64,000 bases of DNA from the human T2T-CHM13v2.0 reference genome, Homo sapiens (GCF_009914755.1 NC_060929.1); one strand, 5' to 3'; shown: positions 26,410-40,795, numbered from the stretch's first letter. Numbers and translations are program-made. The notes: generated from the letters alone by a model not told the origin.

Positions 26410-27929
26410 GTCTGTGCCTAGATAATATACACTCCATACCAGGATGCTCACATATAGGTAAATACAAATTTAAAATAAAATCCTCCTGTTGAAAATAAGG
26501 AGACATTCTCTCCCTTTTCTTGGAGCATTTACTTTAGAAAACTTGTAATTATAAGTTCTTATTCTGAATCTTTGAAATGTATGCAAATTTTTTTTAAGCC
26601 AAATAAACCTCTTGCCAGCTTTAAGACCCAGGAATATCTTTCTCAGAGACCTGGGACCATATCTTTGCAATGTAATCATCAAGGAAGATAGTACCCCTGT
26701 TAATGGCTGAGGGTGTCCAGGTTTTTGACGTCATGAACAAAGAATTGGACAAAATGCACAAACAAAGCAAGGAAGGAATGAAGGGATTTATTGAAAATGA
26801 AAGTACACCCCACAGTATGGGAGCAGGCCTGAGCATAGGGACTCAAAAACTCTGTTACAGAGTTTTTGTGAGTTTAAATACCCTCCATCTGGGGCACACC
26901 CTATGTAAATGAAGAGGATGAAGTAAAGTTACAAAGTCATTTACTGTGTACGCCCTATAGAGAGGATATTTCTTGTTATAGCTGAAGTGTGAATCAGCCT
27001 TATGTTCTCTGCCTCCAGATCCTATTTTCCTGCCTCATCTACCCCTGAGAGATGTGATCCCCATAAATCTTTATGGGAGGCGGAGAGACTGATTTCTGTA
27101 ACTGCTTCATGCTGACTTGGGACATAGTCCTACCTATTGGGGACCACAGAACTCTCACCCTGTTCTGTCTAGTGAGGCATGGCCAGGGGTGGTATCTTCA
27201 CCTGGAACTAGCTGGAACCATTGTTGTGTGATTAGCTGAAGCTTGATGATCTCTAGGTGAGAGGAAATGAACTTGGTCAAAAGATGTAGTGGGAACTTCA
27301 GAGGGTTGATACCTATGCTACCAGAAATGTTTGTTGTAAAGATTTGCAGGAGAAAGAACAAAACCTGGTTTGTTCTAGAATCTGTGTTTTCTTACAGTCT
27401 TAGCACAAGCGACTCCATTTTGGTTTGGTTTGTTGGCGCCTAGTAAATGAGCTCAGTCCACAACAATGGCCTCCCAGAATTTTGTTTAAAAAAATTCCCC
27501 CTTTTTGAACAGGTTCTCACTTAGTTGAGAGTATGAACAAAACTTAGGGCTTTAGCGCCACTCTCAGTTCCACCATTTTGGGTTTCCGGCCTCAGCACAT
27601 TATTTATAGGTTATGGTGCCCTCATTGCTGCACGTTTCTTTCAGCTCCTGTTATTCCAGTTGAAGAGAGACCATATGACATTCTAGAGATGGCTGCATGC
27701 AAGCATTTAAAACCTTTGAGAGAATACAACGCACCAGGGAGACTATTATTATGATTATTGGGAGGATCATACCAAGAATTTGAAGTGTGCCCTTTACCGA
27801 AGGTTCCCATAAACCAAACCGCCTGCAATCAAATAGATCAAAGAATGAGCTAGATAAAGAGTTTACTCACTTGGCTAAGCAATTTTTTTGTCAATCCCCT
27901 ACCACCAAATTTCTATAATCTTTATTTGA

Positions 27930-28085
27930 TATATTTCTCCATAGGCCACAAGTGCCAGCAGCTGCACAGATACTTTTCTGTTTAGCTAATTCTATTATTT
28001 AGCATAACTTTCACAAGAGAATGTAAAGTTTGTTGAGTAACTGTAGCGTTTACAGTAGAATTTGCTATAAAACCTATCATGAGGG
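27930..28085 (-). pseudogene. env TM remnant within MER61-like provirus
   Basis: MIGFIANSTVNATVTQQTLHSLVKVMLNNRI then frameshifted LAKQKSICAAAGTCGLW. Confidence 0.6.
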
Positions 28086-29799
28086 ATACGTTTCTAATCA
28101 TTGCTTCTTTTACTTTAAATTATGGAAAAAGGACCTAACAAATGATGCCTTTTAGAAGAGTGAAGGCCTTCTGGGAATGTTCTCTTTAACCCATGATGTG
28201 GGTTAAGAGGAGTGAACCAATGTTTTGTTTTTGACTGATTATGAGGTAACATATGTACCCTTAAAGTTTCTTACCTACATTGGGCCTTCATCTTTTAACT
28301 ATCAGAGTATAAGGTAATCCATGTATAAGGCTGCCTGCCAACTCCTTCACAAATAAAAGTACACCCCATTAGTGCACATAACAGACCCCTTTTCCACTTC
28401 TCTTGTTCATAGAGGCATAAACAAAAACAAACAAACAAAAAACAACAACAACAAAATTCAAAGGTAAGATTTTCATGACAATATAAGTCTTAATCTGTGA
28501 CCTTGGGAAAAGCTGTTCCCATCAAGGATGGCATCCTCTTCAAATTTCCCTGGTTAGCTTTCCCTCAAGGGTTCCAATGGGTGCACAGTTCCAAAAATGT
28601 GGAGGGACCCTTCTCAGTTTTGAGGCCATGAATCCAAAGCCCAAAGTCTTGCTGTAGTGTGGATGAAGTTTTGTTGTAGTGTGGATAGCAATGACAGTCT
28701 TTCTCTAATGTTTCCAGAAGATTTAAACCATAAAAAGCTTTCTTTACCTGTGAAAATACACTGTAGCGTAATAATTTACTGTTATAAAATCAGCCTTCTT
28801 GCATGGAAAAGCTTTTATACAACCAGAAAACATTCATTGAAAATAACAATTGAATGAAATCCTTTAATAAAATGTTTAAATGTCCCATCAGGTGACCAAA
28901 TGTACCTGAAGCTTTAATTGTTTCCCAGAAATATGGTATCAAGCATTGGTTATAAACTATTTTAGTAATTGGGAAGTCACCAACCAATGTATTCAATTAG
29001 GATCATTATATCTTTTCCATGATGAGTCATGGAATTCATAACTTTTAATAATAAAAGCTTTAAGGACTCAGGAAGGACAAGGTGGCCATCCTGTTTCTCC
29101 ATGCTTAATTAACATTAGACTTATATCCTCTTGGATACCAGTTGTTTTTGCAAATTAGGTGCATACCACTGAGAAGGAAATTTGGTCATTTCTGTGGTTT
29201 ACAATAATTTAGCATGATAAATATAATCGTGACTGGTAGTATGTACTTAGACATTAGAATTTTAGAAATCCCATACAATTTTAGAATATATATTAGTATT
29301 AGTCACAAAAATATAAACTAAAGAAGATTGAACATCATTGTGGCAATCCCACGTACCTAAACAGGTCAAATAATCCTGCTTACCTCTTTTCTGGATGATT
29401 CAGGGGCCCTCTGATCCATCTAGAAAGCCAGGCATTAGGAAAGGCAATTTTGAAACTGAAGTTTGATTTTGGAATTCTAGATTACCATAAATTATTTATT
29501 TTACCAAAATGATGACTCAGAAATTTTAAAGAAGCAAAAAACCTTTTATAACATTTTACAAAACAACAACAACAAAAAACACATTCTACTGTTTTTACAC
29601 ATCTTGCATGTAAAACTGTTTCTAATAGTCTTAATTGCATGTTACAACGGCAACTCTTAGCAATTTTAACTTTAATGTAAAACCTCGTGGGTTGTGTTCT
29701 GATAAGGTTTGCCTGTTTCCAGCAAACTTTATTGTTTTCCAGCAAACAAAAAAGGGTGTGGCCAATTCCACACAACCCCAGGCCTTACCTAGCTAGAAG

Positions 29800-30493
29800 T
29801 GTGGTAGGAGTTAAGTTATTTTAGGCAGATAGAGAGGAAAAGGGGTCCTTGGAAAGTTTTCATTTTTAAAGCAGCTCCAGAAATGTTTGTCTAGCAGAAA
29901 AGCCCTGGCTCTTAGACCCGGGCAGACAACCTTTGATATGCAAATGCAGGCCATTAGAAACTGGGTCCACCCAACATAGCAGGGTGGTCAACCTTTAATA
30001 TGCAAACGCCAGCCTTTAGAAACTGAGTCCACCCATCATGGTGATTCCCACTTTTGTCCTCTTGCCCTTGCCCCCACATGTGTCTGACAGCATGGTTGCC
30101 CCCACATAACCCCATGTGTGTAAGAACATCATGGCACCCTGCATTTCCATATTAAAAGGCTAGAGTAGGGGGGCCAGTTTTTTTCTCTGGCTACGTGAAT
30201 GACATGCCTGGTCAAACCAATCCCCTGAATTCTATGCAAATCAGACACCGCCTTATCCAGCCATCTCATATAACTGGCTGGTATTCCTGAACGTGGGGTC
30301 TCCTCTCTCGCCTTTTGAGCCTCTCTCCCTCTGTCTCTGTACAGGGGAGCTTCTTCCTTCTTTCTTCTCCCTTCTATCTTGCCTGTTAAATTCTCCACTC
30401 CTTAAAACCACTCCACATGTTTTTGTGTCATTTTTATCTAATTCAACTCCAGACGAAGAAACTGGTGTTCCTCCACTCATTGGAGTGGTATCA
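29800..30493 (+). mobile_element. ERV1 solo LTR (same family as 21033-21650) nested in provirus
   Basis: TG..CA ends, perfect 4-bp TSD GAAG (29796, 30494). Confidence 0.85.
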
Positions 30494-32099
30494 GAAGGGA
30501 GGCAAGTTAAACAATTTTCAAAAGCCAAAGAAGCAATTTATGACCTGCAAGCATTTAGCAAACCTAATATTTGACCATAATTTAGACCATGTGTTTACAT
30601 TTTGAAGACAATCCTATTTTACCAATAATCTTGAAAACTATCTTTATTTCCCAAAGATTGCTAAAGTCTTGTGAACTGACAGGCGTTACACTTTCTATTT
30701 TTCTGACAAAATATTTGAGTTAAGTTATTATTATTAAAGCAGTCAATTAAAGACTTCACAGAGGAGATTAACCAGTTTGCACAGAGAGCAAGAGGCCAGA
30801 GACTGAGTGGTTAGAAATTCTTACCCTTTTGCTGGCATGCTAGGTTTCTGGGTTCTCTCTCCCTGAGCGGTCCTGGTGACCCTGCTTGACTGTATGCAAA
30901 CAAACACATTGCCATGAATTAAGAATATTCATAGATAGTTTACAAATTTTGGAAAAACTAGGCAGAGATAGAGAAATATGACTCAAATTCTACTTGTGAG
31001 AGTATACTAACCACACTTACAGCATCAGGAAGCCTAAAATCCAAAAAGTTTGCTTAGAAACTGGTGTGTTCCATTAATTCCTGCAGCCCGACAAAGGTAG
31101 CTTAGGAATGCCAGATAAATGAAACAGATGATGACTCACTAGAAATGTATAGAAAACAAAATAACAGAACCAAATAAAAGCCTTCCACTAGAAACTAGAA
31201 AGTGTCATGGTTTTATATATATATGGATACCCAAGCAAAGCCAGAGGAGAATAAACAGTAAATGAATGAAAACCAGAAGCAAAAACAAGTAAGCAGGAAA
31301 CCAACCCTAAATTTTCCTACTCAATTTACCCTAGAGGCTACAGACTCAGGGCCCCAAAAAAAAACCCACATAATGAATATTTTATTGCTGATACACAATC
31401 CAATATCCTTGAGTTCACCAATATCATTGTACATTCAGTGCAATTAAGACATTCGCTTTAGGCTTATGGCCAAAATAAGTACTCCAGCACTATCCATGCA
31501 AAACGGCAAACGTGGTGTGAAGCAATGCAAGCATGGATGTGAAATTTGGCTTTATGCTAAATTCAGCTTCATGCTTAACTATGTTAAAAAAGAATTGACA
31601 AACTGCCGATGCATTTCTTTACAATACCTCTTATTTTACTTTAATTAAGACCAAGGACTTTAACTATGAAAATGTTTCTTAGCCAAATATAATCATTTCT
31701 TTATCTGGATTTAAAGAATATTCTATTATTTAAATTTTTCCACATCTTCCTCCCCTACTTAATGATTTCTTACTACATTGTTTCATAAATAACCTTTCAA
31801 ATCTGTAATTTGAACTTTTAGATAACGTCTGCATTAGATAAAATTATTCTTTTTCTTTTTTTCACTAACAGCATAACCCTTTCTGGCACATTTTGTGTAC
31901 AGAATTACATGTTAAAGAGAATTAGATATGCATATTTATAGATAGAAAAAATCCAGAATTTTCCCCTTATCACAGCCCTTTCTTAATTGGAAATGATCCA
32001 GATACTAAATGGGCATCAAAAATAACCTTAAGATTTTAATTCACATAAAAAACTTACCTAAAACATTTATCTCATTCACTGTACTTAATTTTTACTTTT

Positions 32100-32335
32100 A
32101 ATAAGGGAGACAGGAGACATCAATCAACATATGTTTGGTTCCAAAAGGCGGGACCACTTGAGGTAAGGAGTGGGGCTTGGGGGTTTTCAGATCACAGGTG
32201 GGAGACAAAGGTTGCATTCTTTTGAGTTTCTGATTAGCCTTTCTAAAGGAAGCAATCAGATGTGCATTTATCTCAGTGAGACTGTGAACAAAATGGGAGG
32301 CAGCCTCTCTCTTAGCATCTCCCAGCTTGAATTAA
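32100..32335 (-). mobile_element. MER4-like LTR fragment within proviral internal region
   Basis: GGTTGCATTCTTTTGAGTTTCTGATTAGCCTTTC.AAAGGA.GCAATCAGAT.TGCATTTATCTCAGTGAG. Confidence 0.6.
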
Positions 32336-33168
32336 CACACTGACATTTTAAAATATCCAGCAAAGACAAACGTAAAATCCAGACAAAATGTATGCTGACA
32401 ATCACGAAGGCATTTCTATTTTTATTCCACCAATAGTTTTAAAGCCAGCTTGTTTAGTAAAGTTATACTTAGGTCACGTGAGCTTGAAAATTGCTTAGAC
32501 TCATTTACTTAACTTGTGAGCGCTCTTTTACTTATAAGCCAGTTTGGTAGACACAACATATAATAGTATGTGTACATACAAATAAACACATCTAGACATC
32601 CATACACACATATAAATGAAGATCTAGTAGCTTGGAACCTTAGCTGTGAGATAGCACTACAAGCTTGCAGGTTTTACTTTGCCCCAATAGATAACCCGAG
32701 GAAGGTTGTGAACCAGAATTTTCGGTAAAGCGGTCTCCACGGCAGTTTAATTTTTAAGGGCTAAATCTCCCCAGACTCCAAGGAGCACTGGGGTCAAACA
32801 GTACCAAAGGAGGGCATCACCTGTTAACCAGGCCCCCTGCCCCCCTGCTTAGAACAGCAGCACAACAGCCTGGACACGGCAATGCCATTCCACTTTCTCA
32901 TTACACAGTAAACTTCATATTCTAAACAATTTTGGGGCCAAGCAGCATTGCAACTGGGAGGGAAAATTCTAAGAAGGGCTTAATACTCGACCTCAGAACC
33001 TCTGCCAAGGGCGTCCCTTTTGGGCAGGCTGAGGACTGCAGGACCCACAGAGTGTCCTCCTAAACCAAGCTGGAAAGGAAAAGAGAGAGAAAGAGATTCC
33101 CCTGTATGGAGCATAAAGGAAAAAAAGAAAGGAGAAGAATAAATCCCAAACTTTGGGCTTACCTCTTC

Positions 33169-33186
33169 CTCCGGGCTGGCTCACCA
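33169..33186 (-). promoter_or_regulatory. Primer binding site, tRNA-Arg type
   Basis: TGGTGAGCCAGCCCGGAG 5 nt inside the 5' LTR boundary; 16/18 to complement of tRNA-Arg(ACG) 3' end. Confidence 0.75.
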
Positions 33187-33288
33187 AAGTATGGTAATGG
33201 TGGAGAGTGTCCAGGTTCTTGGCATCTTGAACAAATAATTGGACAAAACGCACAAAGCAAGGAAGGAATGAAGGGATTTCTTTTTTTT

Positions 33289-33588
<300 letters not shown>

Positions 33589-35567
33589 GAAAATGAAAGT
33601 ATACTCTACAACATGGGATTGGGCCTGAATATAGTGGCTCAAAGACCCTGTTACAGAGGTTTTTTGGAGTTTAAATACTCTCTGCTTGGGGTACGCCCTA
33701 TGTAAATGAAGAAGATTAAGTAAAGCTACAAAGTCATTTACTGTGTATGCCCTATGGAGAGCATGTTTCCTGTTATAGCTGAAGTGTGAATTGGCCTTAT
33801 GTTCCCTGCCTCCAAACCCTATTTTCATGCCCCACCCCTATCTCCAAGTTTCTGTAGGAGTGTAAGAGCCAAACTTCTGTGGAAATCTTGCTCCAAGTGG
33901 CAAATCTACTATCATAAAGATATGAGAAGTTTATTTTTTCTTTGGAAAAAGCCAATCAGCCAACACAGATGGTCACTTCAACCACCAAGTGATTTTAGGA
34001 TGAACTGTGTGTGACAAGTGGTGTTGTCAAGTCCTCATACTTGAGGACTACTTATTGTTAATCTTGAGAACTTGTATGCAACGGGTTGTATCTGCTTGAC
34101 TATACAAAAAGGTGAGATTTCTTTCTATCTTTGCAATCTCTTAGAGAATGGCATGGGATGTGCATTCCATTCTGGTTTAATGCTTATTAAAGATTTAAAC
34201 TGTTATTCTTTCTCTTCACCCTTACGGAAAGATTTTCTGGGTTGGAAGAATATTTTGTTTTAAATTATGTTTCTCCAGCACTCAGTATGCCCCTTCTTGA
34301 CCACGTTTCAAGAGACTAGAACTATGTAATTTTCAGCACAAATCTCAAAACTGTATTACAACATAAACAGGTCTTTTCTCAGGATCTAATTTCCCAAGGG
34401 CAGATCAGAGCCACTGTGCACAGTTCTAATGATGTTGGATGCCCAAGGATTATCTGCTTGGGAGTTCTTTTGAAGATGCACATAAGCCCACAAAAGTTTT
34501 CCAGGTGCTAGAAGCGGCCTGGGTTGAAAAAACAAAAACAAAAACAAAACCAAGGATAGCCATTGATTGGTACGAGGATAGCTCTCTTTTCTCTGCCATG
34601 TGCCAATTCTTAGAAGCAGGATAATTTTAATTTCAAATTCTGCCTTTTAGTCCCATATTGTTTTAAAAAACAAAGATGGAAGCAAGTTGATTCCCATAGA
34701 GCACTTCGTGGTCAGATACTGCCTGGTTCTTAATTTGGAGTGTGGAAAAAATTATTATTTCTGCCCTCGGGCCCTTTAAGAGGTCCCTGCATGGTACGAG
34801 TAGAAGAGGGATAATGGGTGAGAAAACAGGAAGACCTCAGGAAGAAATGGAAAGAGCTCTCCATTGAGTGAGAGAGAATGGGAGTTTGTTTCACAAATTT
34901 CCCAAGTGGTTAGAAAGAGAGACTGAATATGTGATACAGTCTGTCACTTTACACTTGATAATTTATTTCAACTTTATGTAGGAATATTTATCACAGTAGT
35001 AAGAAAGATCATAATATATTTAGCTATTTTTTCTTAATTAGAATATTTTCAATACCTATATATGATATAAGGGATTTTATATGTACTATGGCACATTAAA
35101 CAATAAGAGCAGAGCCATTCAAAAGAATCAATGGCAGACATGAGCAGCCATCCCTGAGTGAAACAGCATTTGGTCTGTTGCTCCTTTGTCCAAACTTAGG
35201 AGGGCTGCAGAACCCATAGGCCCTCTTCAGGGAGGCCTGTTAAGGGAGGGGAAATGGTAGTGAGGGAGTTCTAGAGAGAGATTGACATGTGTTTCCTGGA
35301 GTTGTGGGTATATATGAAAGATAATGGTGCCTAATTACTAGTCTGGAGGTTTAGTAAGGAGGACTTATGTTACCATAGTGTAGAAGAACCTGGGAAGAAA
35401 ATAAATGCAATTAAACCCATGTACATGAATCTCCATGCCATTCTTTGTGATCCTTTAAAGACATAAAAAAGTCCTCTGTTTTTCCAGTGTTTACAGTGAA
35501 GAAGCCAGAAAACTAAAGGAGGAGGCAGAACTCTGGCAAAAATACACAAAGCTGCATAAGCAAAGGT

Positions 35568-35911
35568 GAGCTATGGTTTAAATATGTCTCCCAACATTCA
35601 CCTGTTGGAAACTTAATCCCCAATACAATTGTATTGGGAGGTATAACCTAATGAGAGCTGTTTAGGTCATGAGAAATATGTCCTCATGGTTAGATTTATG
35701 CTGTTATTAAAAGGGCTTTGAGGAATGGGCTCTCTCTCGAGTTCTCCTGTCTTCTGCTATAAGGTGACACGGCAAGAAGGCACTTGCCAGATGCCAGTTT
35801 CTTGAACTTAGGGCTTCACAGCCTCTGGAACTGTAAGAAAATAAATTTCTGCTTATTATAAATTACCCAGTCTCAGATATTCTGTTGTAGCAGCACAACC
35901 AGAATAAGACA
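35568..35911 (+). mobile_element. MSTC/MSTD-like MaLR LTR
   Basis: GCTATGGTTT.AAT.TGTC.CCCAA.ATTCA..TGTTGGAAACTTAATCCCCAAT; ATAAATTACCCAGTCTCAG.TATTCTGTT.TAGCAGCACAA. Confidence 0.85.
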
Positions 35912-36383
35912 CTGGGTTTAGAGGGACATGGGTGTACTGTATTGAGTGTTGTGAGTGACAGAAGTTCAGCTGGAGCAAGCTGAACATGGCCCAGAGGACA
36001 CCACAGACATCCACACTCTGTTTGGAGAATACAGCTTGAGCCCCTGGCAGCGGACAGAATAAATCCCTATTAGGCCAAGGACTTACCTCCTTGGCAGTGA
36101 AGACTTACATAGGAAAAACTCTGCCTCCATTACCCCACCCTTCCTGTACCCTAACAGAAGAAGTTTTTGACCCAATCAATAGAGCAGAGCAGGGAGAAAG
36201 AGGAGGGAAAGACACACTCTCATTTGAGAGCCAAGGTCCTGGAGTGTGAGAACTTGGAAAGCAGACCATAATCTTGTCTCCCTTTTGGGAACGTCTTGTC
36301 GACAAATCCAGTCTGTTCTGTGATTGCTTTTCATAAATGAAAGTGACTAGAATGCTATGCAACCTCCCAGGGTAGTAAGTGAC

Positions 36384-36428
36384 CACACACACACACACAC
36401 ACACACATACACATAGACACACTCACAC
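36384..36428. repeat. (CA)n microsatellite
   Basis: Direct observation. Confidence 0.9.
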
Positions 36429-37544
36429 AAAGGACAGAGAAATTCTACAAAGCAGAGTTAAAATCAGTGACTGCCCAAAATAAAACCAATATAATTTCAT
36501 GTAAGTTAAGATGCCTCAGTAAAACAGAAAGGGATTTACATATATGTGTAAATAGTATCACACAAAAGCATTGTGTTGCTGTGTTGTTTCATGTCAATAA
36601 ATGTTATATTTCTCTGTTTCTAACTCTAAAAATATATTTATATTCTCAGATTTTCCTAGAAAATGGTTTATTTCAAAGTGATTTCCATATTACTGCACTA
36701 GAATTATACACACACCTTATATTTTAGTATGGTTACACATCTGTTTCTCTCTCTTTCTCTCCTACAGTAAAAGAGAAATATATTTCTACCCACCTTTATG
36801 ACATCTTCTTTTAAAGATCCTGCCGTTACTGCTAACTCAACACAATCGAAATTCAGATTCTAACCTTCTCATTGCTCCCACCTCCTGACTTCCTGGAATC
36901 ACTTTTAAACCTAATATCTCATTTCTATGAGTAGTTCTAAAGCCATAAAGTCACTTTGACACTTCGATTTCTTTCAATCTCAATAAATAATGTATCTCCG
37001 ATAGCTTTTTATTTCAGTCTCAAATATCTACTATAGTTACACACTTTCAAACTAATCATAGCCATAGCCACAGAAAATTAAAATAAAATATTTTCTTTTC
37101 TATTTATAGAATTTTTTTCTGTTGGTTGGACCAACTTATAATAGCAATATGATTTCCCTTAAAGGTTTTTTATTGGTTTTCAAGGCCTTTAATATCTTTG
37201 TTATATATGCCACTTATTCTTTTTATTATAAGGCCATTTACATCCCATAGTAAGAGTTATCAACAAACTGTCCAATTGTTACGCCTGTCTGATTTAGTTT
37301 CCAGCACACATCTTCTGTCCTAATTATTCAAGTCTTCACTTTTCTTCTCTGCTACAAATTCTCTATTCATCGTTACTTCTGCTTCTTGGTCCGTGTTACC
37401 CCTTCTCTTCTCTGACACCCACATTGTAATCATCTTTCAAAGACACAGACATTTTAATGTTTTTATCAAATCTCACTTGACTGCTTAAATCCCTACTAAC
37501 TTCCTTGAAAAGAGACAACACAAATTATTTAAAGAGAGGATTTT

Positions 37545-37786
37545 TAAAAATTTTAAAATTTTTAATTTTTGTGGGTTTATAGTAGGTGTATATATTTATG
37601 AGGTACATTAAATGCTCTGTTACAGTTATGCAATTTGAAATAATCACACCATGGAGAATGGGGCGTCCGTCCCCTGAAGCATTTATCCTTTGGGTTACAA
37701 ACAATTCAATTACATGTTTCTAGCTATTTTAAAATGTACAATTAAGTTTTTATTGACTATAGTCACCTTGTGCTATCAAACAGTAG
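37545..37786 (-). mobile_element. 5'-truncated L1MA(1-3)-like 3' end
   Basis: TTTTTGTGGGT..ATAGTAGGTGTATATATTTATG, AGCATTTATCCTTTG.GTTACAAACAAT, ATTGACTATAGTCACC; possible TSD AAAGA(GA)GGA.TTTT. Confidence 0.85.
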
Positions 37787-39091
37787 TAAGCAAAGAGGAC
37801 TTTTCTATAAAGAATGGTTTAACCATGTACATAAGGAATGAAAAGATAAAAAAAGGACAGGGGAACCCGGTTACCGCAGAAAGCAGTTGAGATTCCTAGG
37901 GCTACAGGGGATAAAGAGAAGAAGCTGGCATTGTTAAAAGTTCAGGAGAACTCAGATTTCTTACGACCTCCTCCGCCAGCCCCCACATCAGCTGGTTCTA
38001 GTATGTGTGAAAACAGGATAATGAAATGCCGTGGCAGATTTGGAACAAAAACAGGAAATTGGACCTAACTATAGGTGGAACAGTTGCCATCCTCAGGGTA
38101 AACATCAATAATTTGGGTGACGCAGAAAGAAACAGGAAGCCAAGTGCCCTCTCATTCCTACGATCAGTTACTATAGGAAGAACCTTTCACTGAGTCAGCT
38201 GGTATAGGAAAAATGTGATATGAAGATTCACAGACTTAGCATTCACAACACAGTATGGAAAGGTGATTTTGTAGCTAAGAAAAAGTAGCTATACACCCAG
38301 CACATTTGTCAAGCTTTAAATACACTAGGAAAATTCACACTGAATTATATTGCCTATATATTTGAAAATTTATTCTTGCTTAGAAACTCAGCAGACAATG
38401 CCTTATATAGTATTTTGATTAAACCTCTGTATTTATAAAAGCTTATCAAACTAAAAAAAGGATAAAAATAAATAAATGTTCCATGTTAAATTGTTGATTG
38501 ACAAATTGACTCCATTGCGTTAGGTTATGTATCTTGCATGTTACTTTGTGAATGTTCAAGCTCAATCACTACTTAAATTAACTCTCGGTGTTATCTAGAT
38601 TTAAGTATACCTTAATTATCTTGATTCCAGCAGTTTGAATGGTCATGAAGCTTTATTACGTTTACAATTGTTATCAAGTTTTAAAAAAGACAACAATTAT
38701 ATACATGGCACCAATTAATCCTCTGCCATTATTGGAGAAATCTGGATTTACCACCTAAGCTACTCTCAGTAAATTTTACATTTTATATTACTGCATGTTC
38801 AGCATTTTTCAGCCTATCAGTAGTATATTCCCATAATAAATATATATTTTAAGATTCAGTATTAGATGATTTCAGGCAATAAAATTATATTAATATTTTA
38901 ATGAGAGTATTAAATGGCTTCATTTGGTATTCCTACTGTCACAAGGACACTTAATCATTCTCCAGCAAACTGGAAATAATGCCACCACTTTATTCTGTCT
39001 CTTATGAATAGTCCAAAATAAACACTTCCAAATTTAGGGTTTCTCCCAAAATCAAAATGGATAAACCAAGATAAGAATAATAAATAATTTT

Positions 39092-39124
39092 ATCGCTTCT
39101 CAGCCTTTTGGCTAAGATCAAGTG
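39092..39124 (+). pseudogene. 3'-truncated U2 snRNA pseudogene (nt 1-33)
   Basis: ATCGCTTCTCAGCCTTTTGGCTAAGATCAAGTG = U2 5' end with 1 mismatch; 19-bp direct repeats (17/19) at 39073 and 39125. Confidence 0.93.
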
Positions 39125-39787
39125 AAGAATACTATATAATTTTGTATGTAAGTATACAGAAAATAAAGAGAGCTGAAAAAGTATTGAAAACAAATGCTAG
39201 TGGATTCTATAGAGATAATGCTCCTGGGCAGAGTCCAATGAGCTGAAAAAATTAGATTGTTTGAAGGTTTTAAAGGAAGAATTTAGAAGCATATATGCTC
39301 TTTCCTACCTCCACAACAATGCCCTCCAAAAAGCTAAAAAGTATGAATTCTGTTAGCTATAGACACAATCAAAATTCACATCCTATGGAGCTGTTAATTC
39401 TGGACTCACCTAAAACAGACACACTAAATATGGAGGTGTAGTGCCATCTTGAAAACTGGGTCTACACATTGAAGATGAAAGTTCTACAACTTCTCTCAAC
39501 CTGGTTTCCACAATGTCTGAGGCTGGACTGTTGCCCTAACTGCAATTTTCAAGGTAAGGGCTAGGAGAATTTCTTTCTGTGAACATTTATTTGTCAAGGA
39601 GATGAAACGCCAGAAAATAAAATTTGAGAATCTGTATTTTAAAAGTTTTTCTTATCAATTAGTCCCACTCAGGCTTTTAAAGCATTTTGGTGCCTCATTA
39701 CTAATTATAAAGGCACAACTACGCACCATTTAATCATTTTCCTAAATTGTTTATTTTTTCTCTTCTTGCCATATGTCAGAGTTGTAG

Positions 39788-39970
39788 TTTTCAGCGTGTT
39801 GAATTTAGGCTTAGCTTCAGGATTTGTTTTGGTCAACAGAATGTGAGTATGTGAGTAAAAGTGGTTTTTTTTTTGTTTTGTTTTGTTTTTTCACTTTTCA
39901 GCATGTTGAATTTAGGCTTAGCCTCAGGATTTGTTTTGGTCAACAGAATGTGAGTAAAAGTGGATTTTTT
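39788..39970. repeat. Local direct duplication of ~75 bp
   Basis: TTTTCAGC.TGTTGAATTTAGGCTTAGC.TCAGGATTTGTTTTGGTCAACAGAATGTGAGTA at 39788 and 39895. Confidence 0.92.
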
Positions 39971-40026
39971 CATTCTTGGATAGAAACTTTAAGAGCTTCT
40001 TTGTGCCATGGTCATTGGATACAATC

Positions 40027-40416
40027 TGTATTAGTCCATTCCCACACTGCTTTGAAGAACTACCTGAGACAAGGTAATTTATGAAGAAAAGAGGCTTAAG
40101 TGACTCATATTTCCACAGACTGTACAGGAAGCATGGTTGGGGAGGCCTCAGGAAACTTACAATCATGGGTGAAGGGTGAAGGGGAAGCAAGCACCTTCTT
40201 CATGTGGCAGAGCAGGAGGAAGGGAAAGTGAAGGGGGAACTGCTACACACTTTTAAACAAACAGATATTTTGAGAACACATTCACTATCATGAGAATAGC
40301 AAGGGGGAAGTCCTCCCTTATGATTCAATCACCACCCACCAGGGCCCTCCCCCAACATGGGGGATTACAATTCAATATGAGATTTGGGTGGGGACAAAGA
40401 GCCAAACTATATCTCA
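40027..40416 (-). mobile_element. THE1D/MSTA-like solo LTR
   Basis: TGTATTAGTCCATT..GGGAGGCCTCAGGAAACTTACAATCATGG..GAGATTTGGGTGGGGACA; perfect 5-bp TSD CAATC. Confidence 0.92.
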
Positions 40417-40759
40417 CAATCCATCACTTCCACTCCATCAGCCTGGGTCAAAGAGGGAACATGATGATGACACAGAGCAGAATCCCCAACACACACTTTT
40501 ATGAATGGTTAGCAACAGACAGAAATTAAGCACTGCTTTAGTCCTAAGACTGTAAAGATTTTTAAATTTCAGCATAGGTAGTTAAGCTTACTGATATCAC
40601 AATGAAAATTATCAAGGCATTTCAGGAAAATATATAATGAAAGACATATTTCAAAGCTAAGAAAAGGAAAAATGATTTAAATGAAAAATATGCATGTATA
40701 TACTTTGAGACAAACCTTTAAAAATAAGAAATCTTCTCAAAATTGGAAGAGGAAACACT

Positions 40760-40795
<36 letters not shown>

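Noticed and set aside
21033-30493. Two same-family, same-strand LTRs as ends of one provirus
   Set aside because: Each has its own flanking TSD (GAAG/GAAG; CTTT/GTTT) and sits in a different host element, so they are independent solo LTRs.
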